This document shows positions 11,501 through 22,279 of a stretch of DNA of 56,867 nt, piece after piece. How positions within the stretch are numbered: position 1 is the first letter of the stretch; every line of letters begins with the position of its first letter. The notes beneath the pieces were generated by a model. The model had not been told where the DNA came from. It worked only from the letters and a program-made list of their open reading frames with translations, and ran no database searches. The DNA is from Octopus bimaculoides. Its lineage: Eukaryota. The DNA lies in the NCBI RefSeq assembly GCF_001194135.2, contig NC_068996.1, positions 6,091,885 to 6,148,751 on the forward strand. The letters run 5' to 3'. The translations under genes and the position numbers were made by a program.

Positions 11501-14500
11501 GTTCTATTGGTACCACTAATTTGCAGTTTAACCAGTTCCAGATGGACAAGCTAATGAAACCGCTTGCTTTTATTGCTAGAAATAGCAGCTAAACCCTCCT
11601 CAGATTTCACTCTAGTATCAATAATGAATGAAAACACAGGACAATTTAATCTCTGGCACACACTGCTGGAAGATTTTTGTTCTTAAGTTTACTTGGAGAA
11701 GGCTGACCTGAAGCAACATAAAAACAATACCAGAAAGATGAAAGGCAAAATCGAAACAAATGTGATTTGAACTTGCAACATGAAAGAAATTAATGTAAAC
11801 TAACAGTCCTCACTTATAAAGAAAACAAGTGATTTGTATGTTCTGATGGCTTCAGATAAATTCATTGCATAAAGTTCTGAGATCAAGAATTAAAGATACT
11901 TTATAACACTTTCGTACCATAGGTGCAGGAGTGGCTGTGTGGTAGACTTTTGTACAAAGGCGCAGGAGTGGCTATGTGGTGGTAAGTAGCTTGCTTACCA
12001 ACCACATGGTTCCAGGTTCAGTCCCACTGCGTGGCACTTTGGGCAAGTGTCTTCTACTATAGCCTCGGGCCGACCAAAGCCTTGTGAGTGGATTTGGTGC
12101 AGGGAAACTGAAAGAAGCCCATCATATATATGTATGTATGTATATATATATATATATATATATATTTGTGTGTCTGTGTTTGTTCTCCCCACCATCGCTT
12201 GACAACCGATGCTGGTGTGTTTACGTCCCCGTAACTTAACGGTTCGGCAAAAGAGATCAATAGAATAAGTACTAGGCTTCCAAAGAATAAGTCCTGGGGT
12301 CGATTTGCTCGACTAAAGGCGGTGCTCCAGCATGGCCACAGTCAAATAACTGAAACAACTAAAAGTGTATAACCCCAGGCTAACCAAAGCCTTGTGAGTG
12401 GATTTGATAGACAAAAAAGAGAGAGAGAGGCCCATCATGTGTAAATGTGTGTGTATGTGGATGTAATGTTTGTTTAGATGTCCCTCATTCACACGTGCAC
12501 TCAATGATAGTAAATAAGCATTTCACCAACAATAACATTTACTTGCAGTCCACTGCAAAATCATGTCTCTGCTTCCAGACATGTGCAATCTTCAGTATGT
12601 TCATCATCATCATCATCGTTTAACGTCCGCTTTCCATGCTAGCATGGGTTGGACGATTTGACTGAGGACTGGTGAAACCAGATGGCTACACCAGGCTCCA
12701 ATCTGATTTGGCAGAGTTTCTACAGCTGGATGTCCTTCCTAACGCCAACCACTCAGAGAGTGTAGTGGGTGCTTTTACGTGTCACTGGCACGAAGGCCAG
12801 TCAGCCAGTACTGGCAACGGCCACGCTCAAAATGGTGTATTTTATGTGCCACCCGCACAAGAGCCAGTCCAGGGGCACTGGCAACGATTTCGCTTGAAAG
12901 TGCTTACACATGCCATGGGCACAAGTGCCCTTTTTTTTCGTTTTTCCAGCCTCCAAAATTTCTTCNNNNNNNNNNNNNNNNNNNNNNNNNNNNNNNNNNN
13001 NNNNNNNNNNNNNNNNNNNNNNNNNNNNNNNNNNNNNNNNNNNNNNNNNNNNNNNNNNNNNNNNNNNNNNNNNNNNNNNNNNNNNNNNNNNNNNNNNNNN
13101 NNNNNNNNNNNNNNNNNNNNNNNNNNNNNNNNNNNNNNNNNNNNNNNNNNNNNNNNNNNNNNNNNNNNNNNNNNNNNNNNNNNNNNNNNNNNNNNNNNNN
13201 NNNNNNNNNNNNNNNNNNNNNNNNNNNNNNNNNNNNNNNNNNNNNNNNNNNNNNNNNNNNNNNNNNNNNNNNNNNNNNNNNNNNNNNNNNNNNNNNNNNN
13301 NNNNNNNNNNNNNNNNNNNNNNNNNNNNNNNNNNNNNNNNNNNNNNNNNNNNNNNNNNNNNNNNNNNNNNNNNNNNNNNNNNNNNNNNNNNNNNNNNNNN
13401 NNNNNNNNNNNNNNNNNNNNNNNNNNNNNNNNNNNNNNNNNNNNNNNNNNNNNNNNNNNNNNNNNNNNNNNNNNNNNNNNNNNNNNNNNNNNNNNNNNNN
13501 NNNNNNNNNNNNNNNNNNNNNNNNNNNNNNNNNNNNNNNNNNNNNNNNNNNNNNNNNNNNNNNNNNNNNNNNNNNNNNNNNNNNNNNNNNNNNNNNNNNN
13601 NNNNNNNNNNNNNNNNNNNNNNNNNNNNNNNNNNNNNNNNNNNNNNNNNNNNNNNNNNNNNNNNNNNNNNNNNNNNNNNNNNNNNNNNNNNNNNNNNNNN
13701 NNNNNNNNNNNNNNNNNNNNNNNNCAAATGTGCACACATACACACACACACATAAAGGGTGGGCTTCTTCTTTCAGTTTCCAACTACCCAGTTCATTCAC
13801 AAGACTTTGATCAGTCTGGAGTTATAATAGAAGATACTTGCCTTAGGTGTCACACAGTAAGATTGAACCCAAAACTATGTGTTTGGGAAGACAACTTCTT
13901 AATTGCCCCCCTCCCCATTACATTCTGTCAAGAAATAATCTTAAGTAATATTGTTTTTAATCTAAAATATTACACTTTATAAATTTGACTCTTCTGCATA
14001 TCCTTGACAGCATGGTAACAGGAGATGTGGGAATGGTGGGTAAAGGTTGCCAGAGTGCAATTCTTGCCACTCAAGCATCACCGTTTAGAAGCAAAGAGGT
14101 GGAGGCATAAGGAATGGAGATATCCAATCTGCACGTTATGAGTATTGTTCTCTCTGTTATGGATTAGGGTTAGTGTGACACTGAGTACATGAGATTACTG
14201 AATAGGTACAACACTGTTTAGAGAATTGATGGTGGTGGTGTAGAATGGGCAATAAATGGGTAGGAATGCATGTACAAAAAGCAGAATAGACAAGGGTGAG
14301 GTGTGTACCCTAGACTTGTGTAGAATATTGGGTCTTCTGCAGCATTGTGTATCACAAGTCAACATGGTCTTTCACTCACATACGCACGTGTATAAAACCT
14401 AAAACTGATCAAGAGATACATTGGCCAGAATAACCTAAAAAAAATGTGCTCAACCCTTCAGCATTCAGGTTACTCTGTCATATGTAATACTTATTTATTC

Positions 14501-17500
14501 ATATTGTTTTCAATTAAGTGGGAACTATCTTGTAGCTTTGGGATTTCAGTGATGTGATTGTTTACTTTCAGAATGACATTACAGGGTAAGTGTGAGAGGC
14601 TAAATCTGGTCATTTTGAATATAAAACAGGTAGAATATTTTGGCCTGATATGGTTGGTTTAAACGCTAAGATTTAAAGGGTTAAAACATTAACCAATTTT
14701 GATCAATCTAAGTTTTGTTAGATATACAGAAACATAATTTGTCTTTTATTTTCAGAACTTACCATATTGTCAGAGTCTTGTGAAAGAAGGCTTTGCTCAT
14801 GAATCTGACATGTTCTTCACTGCGGTTCTAGAAAGAAGTTCTGCCAAGCTTATCTGCCAGGTTGTTGTACCACCCAATTATCCCGTTATTGTTCCTATGT
14901 TTTCACTTTGTGTACAATGGCACACTGTAAGAACAGCTCTAAATGATTATCACGTACAGGTGAGTGGTTTTGTACATGAATTTTCATCACACTGGATGGA
15001 TATTGGATGAGCCTGATCTAGCTCAGCATCTCATCAATTGTTTGTTGTTAGGGTCCCTTGTGTCTCTCATGGGATTCAGCATCCCACAATCAACCTTAGC
15101 CATTTTTTTCTCTACGTCTTCTGTCTTCCACTTCCAAAGGTCCGTTCCACTTGCTTGGGTCATTTGGTCCTTCTTTATCCAACTGTCATGAAAGATAAAT
15201 CAAAGGTGTTTTAGAATGTCCAGAAGAATCACTACATACCTGCAAAGGTGTTTTGATATGGTTCATATTTTTTCACCAGATATTGGTATTGGGATAATTT
15301 TGTTTCCTGATCTACACTATTTGGAAGATATTGAAACAATTTGTCCTGAAAATGCCATATCCATTTTTTGTCACACATGTCACAGCAGGTAAATGTGGGT
15401 TATAACCACAGACATTGTTGTCCAGAAAACTCATTAGCATTTTCTGAAATTCCAAGGTCAATGTAAATAAACGCCATGAGACTCTCTATGCTGCTCTGAA
15501 AAAATTCAGAGGAATTTGCTGTTAATATTTTCAAATGAGAAAAGTTATTTTGTGCTATGTCACATACATCCCTTTTTTTTAGTTCCTCTTCCAAAACTTC
15601 AACATATTTTTCAAAGTAGAAAAATTTCTTTGTCTAATACTTTTCCTGGGTAGTGAAACTTTACTGTGAAAAGTGAATCAATACAAATCTTGTAAATGTT
15701 CAAGATTTACAGCTTAGATATTTCATAATCTGTCTCTCTGACTCTCATGTACATCATGTGAGAATAGCCTATGTGTATGACATTTCCAAAACAAGTGCTG
15801 TTTTCTCTCTTAGACATTACACAAATGATTCTTATAATGACTATTTTCTCTCAACCCTTTGTTCCATAATTCATGCACAGTGATAATTCTCACCCCTTAC
15901 AGTCTTCTCCTGTCTTCAGATCCTGCACCTGCTTATTTCATTATATTAACCCCTTGCAGAGGGGAAGTGGTACTCACCACATCGAAACACTGTGTGTGGG
16001 AGTAGTACGATGTCTCACTCAGTGCAGCACTGTGTTTTCAAATATATCACACAGAGAAGAATCTGTAAATACACCATGAAATTCCTTGTATGGAAAATTA
16101 CGTAGTTACTGAACTGCCTAATTTCAGTACACAGCACATACTGTCAGTACTAAATCTGTCTGTAAGGGGTTAAACATGATCATCTCATTTTGAAGTTGAC
16201 CTTGTACAGATTTCATGTTAAATCATAGATGAAACAAAATACTGTAAGGTGAAGGATGGGTTCAATGTTGCTATTGCTTAGACTATTTTAAGCCTATCCA
16301 ACAACCCCTGCCAGCCATGACAAAGTATTTATTAAATAAACTGACGAGAACTTCAACACAGTCATTCAAATCCTACTGTTGTGTCTTTTAAAATAAAACT
16401 GATATATATATATATATATATCATGTGACTGGCCAGATTATCAGATGGTGTTACACATTGCTGGTCACAATGCACTTTTTGCATTGTTTTATCCTTCAAA
16501 TGACACTACCCCGCTGGCTCGGCAAGCAGGCCAACATTCCTCTCTCATCAAAAGTGGGGACCGGAGCAGAACACAATGCATCATCCAATCAGGGAATCGA
16601 ACCCATGATCTAGCAATTGTCAGTGCGACGCCCTAACCACTAGGCTATGCACCTTCACATACACACATATATACACGTATATGTGGTTCTAGTTTTCAAA
16701 AAGACATGGTAGTCACAACTGGAACACCTTTGGCCATGTGCCTATTTAACTCCCTCTCAGCTCATGTCTTCCTTGCAGGGGTTCAAGGGATAAAGTAATG
16801 GCATCACTCTCACTCGTTTAGGAAGACTAGCAAAGGCCAAGGGCACAGCTCCTTCCTCCAGACACACATATTTAAAAAAAACTAACTTGGTGGGGTGGGT
16901 TTGGAATGTTGTGTTAAACGCAGAGAAATCCAAAGATTTTTAAAACAAAAAAAATAATAATAATAATCATCATCGTTTAACATCTGCTTTCCATGCTAGC
17001 ATGGGTTGGACGATTTGACTGAGGACTGGCAAACCAGATGGCTGCACCAGGCTCCAATCTGATCTGGCAGAGTTTCTACAGCTGGATGCCCTTCCTAACG
17101 CCAACCACTCCGAGAGTGTAGTGGGTGCTTTTACATGCCACCGGCACGAAGGCCAGTCAGGCGGTACTAGCAACCTCTTGTTGCCTGATGGGAGAAAGTT
17201 AAGACTAAGTTGGTCCCTGATTTTAACTATGATGCTTTCTTTAAATTTTGTTTCTGAAGTTACTGGAATTTTTGTGTATATAAAGAGATTGGCTGCTTGT
17301 TTCTCTGGGATTGGACAAATGATGTAAGACACCTGATGAGACTCCAATAAGGGTTGAAAATCAATTAAACTATTCATCATTCTTTCAATCTATGGAGAAG
17401 TAATTAAATTTTCCATGTTTTGTATGTCTCCTACTTAGGTTTACAATATAATTGAAGTAAAAGTTCATCATCATCATGATCACTTAACATCCGTTTTTCA

Positions 17501-20500
17501 TGCTGGCATGATTTGGGCAGTTTGACTGAGGTCTGGAGAGCCAGATGGCTGCACCAGGCTCCAATCTGATCTGGCAATATTTCTACAGCCGGATGCCCTT
17601 CCTAATGCCAACCACTCCGAGAGTATAGTGGGTGTTTTTTTACATGCCACCGGCACAGGAGCCAGTCAGGTGGGCCTGGCATCGATCACATTCGGATAGT
17701 GCTTTTTACGTGCCACCGGCATTGGAGCCAGTCAGGGGGCATTGGCATCAGCTACATGTAGATGGTGCTTTTTATGTGCCACCAGCATAGGAGCCAGTCA
17801 ATGGGGCACTGACATTAATTAATTAACAGCCTATGTTCCATTCTTGGGACAAAGATTTTAAATTTAATATAAACATTATTATAAAGATTTTGTATTTCTT
17901 TCATTACATATTTCATATTTACAGTATTCTCTAAGTATGCCATTAAAAATAAGCAATATAGCATAAAAGATATAATCAGAGTCCTTAGGATCTAAAAAAA
18001 TGTAAAGACTTTACAAATAATATTCATAGTTGAATTTTGGTCTTTAATGAGTTAATGTATTGAAAATTATATTTTTTGACTGATTGTCCATCTCTTTCTT
18101 TGTCTCTTTTAATTGCATGAAAATACAAAAACCAAAAACATTGAAGGAAATGGAAAGTGAAGTGAATGTTCATTATGAAGAATTAATACTGCAGCAATCT
18201 CGGGACCAAATACTTTCAAACCAACTGCAGCGATTAACCATGTGCTTTGATGTCTATCTGGAAACAGAAGCTAAAAACATGGCTAGAGAAGGCCCTGTGG
18301 AAATATCAAGAGAGAAGATTTATCCACGTCTTGCAAGGTTATTAAAATTTTTTTTTTATGTTCTCTTCCAGTTTTGCTCTTTTAAATGAAAATTGTAAAA
18401 ATAATGAGGTTACAACGACCTAATTGAAGAAAGCAGAAGTAATTTACATAACTCATTCTGGTCAGCATTAGAACTATGGTTCATCTTAATATATAAAGCT
18501 GAAATTGTGTGTCTGTGTGAAGCCTTTTTAAAAGTTTATAGAAATCCACATTTTCCACTTTTTCGTAAAAATTTTTACATCAATGGAATTTTCTCGATCT
18601 GAACTTTCCAGTGCAGTAATTAGATTTTTAAAATTCCGTTTACTTTGTGTGATTTAAGGGAGATTTGGCTGTTGTTTCTAGCAACTTTTATATTTCATCC
18701 CTGCTACCTGGAACGCTATTCTTACACACGCGCTCAATATAAAAATATAGAGAGTAAGAGTTAAAGAGGGAGAGGGAGAGAGAGAGAAAGTGATACATAC
18801 AACGTCATAGATTAAACTTTCATCTCAGTGTTCTTTACCTATTTTTCATAACATAGATACGTAAAAACACACACAACCACACAATCATGACCTGTGACAA
18901 CAACATACACATTGCTCTCAATCTCTATTCATTTCTCCCCCTCTTCTTCTCTTGCTCTCTCAAACGTATACACGTGCAAGTAAACACAATCATTCACATC
19001 GTGGTATATTTACAAAACGTTGCCGGCATAACTACAGAGTTGTATCCCCCAACTTTGGAAGGTCATAACTTTCATAGAAATGAATATTTTTTTATGAAAT
19101 TTTCTATGCATATATTATTTATTATGTAGATTCCAAATATACAAANNNNNNNNNNNNNNNNNNNNNNNNNNNNNNNNNNNNNNNNNNNNNNNNNNNNNNN
19201 NNNNNNNNNNNNNNNNNNNNNNNNNNNNNNNNNNNNNNNNNNNNNNNNNNNNNNNNNNNNNNNNNNNNNNNNNNNNNNNNNNNNNNNNNNNNNNNNNNNN
19301 NNNNNNNNNNNNNNNNNNNNNNNNNNNNNNNNNNNNNNNNNNNNNNNNNNNNNNNNNNNNNNNNNNNNNNNNNNNNNNNNNNNNNNNNNNNNNNNNNNNN
19401 NNNNNNNNNNNNNNNNNNNNNNNNNNNNNNNNNNNNNNNNNNNNNNNNNNNNNNNNNNNNNNNNNNNNNNNNNNNNNNNNNNNNNNNNNNNNNNNNNNNN
19501 NNNNNNNNNNNNNNNNNNNNNNNNNNNNNNNNNNNNNNNNNNNNNNNNNNNNNNNNNNNNNNNNNNNNNNNNNNNNNNNNNNNNNNNNNNNNNNNNNNNN
19601 NNNNNNNNNNNNNNNNNNNNNNNNNNNNNNNNNNNNNNNNNNNNNNNNNNNNNNNNNNNNNNNNNNNNNNNNNNNNNNNNNNNNNNNNNNNNNNNNNNNN
19701 NNNNNNNNNNNNNNNNNNNNNNNNNNNNNNNNNNNNNNNNNNNNNNNNNNNNNNNNNNNNNNNNNNNNNNNNNNNNNNNNNNNNNNNNNNNNNNNNNNNN
19801 NNNNNNNNNNNNNNNNNNNNNNNNNNNNNNNNNNNNNNNNNNNNNNNNNNNNNNNNNNNNNNNNNNNNNNNNNNNNNNNNNNNNNNNNNNNNNNNNNNNN
19901 NNNNNNNNNNNNNNNNNNNNNNNNNNNNNNNNNNNNNNNNNNNNNNNNNNNNNNNNNNNNNNNNNNNNNNNNNNNNNNNNNNNNNNNNNNNNNNNNNNNN
20001 NNNNNNNNNNNNNNNNNNNNNNNNNNNNNNNNNNNNNNNNNNNNNNNNNNNNNNNNNNNNNNNNNNNNNNNNNNGTAGCAACAGATCGCCAGCAATTGCT
20101 TCATCAGAAATTGCCGTCCTAGCTCCTGCTAAAAGGGATTACCCTGCTATGTATAATCAGAGCAGCGCAAAAAGTTGTTTTGCACAAGCATTTCTATAGC
20201 CAATTACACGGATGAAATTTACAGATGCTTAATAATTTTACGCAAAACAGCCTTCAGACTTTCCCTATTAATTTCATCGTCTTTTGAAGGGTTTTTTCGT
20301 TGTAAGGCTTTCTTTTTTAGTTGATTTTCAGCTAGCAAGACTTATCGTAGATGGCATAATAAGTCACACCCGGACAAGGTCGGGTTATACTGCTAGTACA
20401 TAATAAAACGAAAGTTTATGCTGTCTGAAGATAGGCTACTAGACTGCAAGTATCATCTCAGAATAGACAAACCAACTCTAGAACTAAGGACTGAAAAATT

Positions 20501-21992
20501 TTATATCATTTACAATGTGCACACACACGCACTCACACAAACACCTGATACCATCATCATCATCATCCTTTAACGTTCGTTTTCCATGCTGGCATGGGTT
20601 GGACTATATATTTTCTTTTACTTGAACTTAGAAACCACCTTGAAGAGATCTGGTACTTATTCTGTTGGTTTCTCTTTTAGCCACATGGCATTAATTAAAG
20701 GAGCATAACCAAAGCAACACCGGCTGTCAAGAGATGACAAACAACCATAACAACACAGACACACATACACACATAAGTACACACACTAGTCACTCTGTAT
20801 GGAGTTTCTACCAATTCCTTTTTTGTATGCTGAGCCCAATCATTTCTTTGATGGCATCAGAGCCTTGTCTTCTTATCTACCTATTATAACTTTACTCTTG
20901 GTTATTTATTTTAACTCCCTTCAGTTCCGGATTTTGCTTCCACGACTGGAATTTCTTCTCTAATCTTCCACAGATTCCACTACAAGAATTAGGCTTATGG
21001 GTGTTCAGATTTTAAACTGCTTTGTTATACTTCTGGAAGACTTAGTAAACAGAAGAGGGCTGAGAACTTAGTCCTGGTGGACTCCAACTTACACATTGTA
21101 CTCATTATTGTTTTCACTTCTATGTATATAGCTTGTATGGTCCTCTCTTCCCATTCACCTACTCCAAGCTTCCCGTGTGCCCACCAGATGACAGAACAAT
21201 AGAAAGCCTTCTCTAGGCTTAAACCGACCATATCCAGCCAAGATATTCTACCTGTTTTATGTTAAAACTGGCCAGATCTGGCCTCCCACATCTACCTTGC
21301 AATGTCATTCTTAAAATAGACAACCACATCATTGATATCTCAAATAAATAAACATTACACTTGACAGAGTAATCTGAATGTTGAAGCCTTCTCTAGGTTT
21401 AAAGTTGCTAAGTATAGTGGCCTACTTCTAGCTAAGTATTTGCCTTGTAGTTTTCTCACTAGAAACGTGGGATCAATATACCTCATCCTAGTACAAAGCC
21501 ACACACACACACATACACTCTGTCTCTCTCACTGAGTTTATGACACAGGTATGGCTGTGTGGTACCTTGGGCAAGTGTCTTCTACTATAGCCTTGGGTTA
21601 ACCAAAGCCTTGTGAAGAGATTTTGGTAGAGAGAAAATGAAAGAACCCATGCCACCATGGAAAACAGATGTTAAATGATGATGATGATGGTGGTGATATA
21701 TGTACTAGGTCATTGCCCATTGCTATGCTGCCAGTAAAAATATTTGTTAATCACACATGTACCTGCATAAATTGTTCAAAGTGAAAGTTTTTTTTTGAAG
21801 TTTTTGTTGCATTGTCTACATGTTGAAAGACCTACACACATACAACCAAATAAAAAAAGCTATATATATATATATATATTATATACATATAGCTTTTTTT
21901 TAAAATTTGTGTTTATGTTGACAGATTTGCATTTAAAATTCCCATGTTTTTAATTAAAACTTATAAGTTACTAAGGTGAAAACACTATCTTT

Positions 21993-22031
<39 letters not shown>

Positions 22032-22242
22032 AACAAATTCTTTTCCTCCCCTTCTATTTAAAGTGAAAGTCAGTTTCCAAGGTCTGTGTTGCATTGTCTA
22101 TATGTTAAAAGATACAGACAAACATAAACAAACAACCCAAAATGTGTGTTGTATTGTGTTGACAGACTTGCACTTCAAGTTCTGCATTTTTAATCAAAAC
22201 TTGTTCGTTACTATAATGACAACACTGCCTATCTATCTTTCA

Positions 22243-22279
<37 letters not shown>

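Noticed and set aside
12940-12965. Possible acceptor (ttttccag|CCTCC) as the start of the missing THOC5 exon
   Set aside because: The phase-1 translation ASKIS does not resemble the expected E-H-G-type sequence and only 16 nt are visible before the gap.
14965-15600. Stop-riddled coding-like stretch on the minus strand
   Set aside because: Probably a decayed retroelement, but I could not assign any motif reliably.
16560-16660. tRNA-like A/B boxes (also 6855-6915 and SINE family B heads)
   Set aside because: No complete cloverleaf, and they are followed by SINE bodies, so they are SINE heads, not tRNA genes.
16970-17380. Recurrent short ORFs ending [13 protein letters not shown] (also 1764, 4913, 12672, 31147, 44132, 56521)
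   Set aside because: Chance frames in the non-coding RTE 3' tail, not a gene family.
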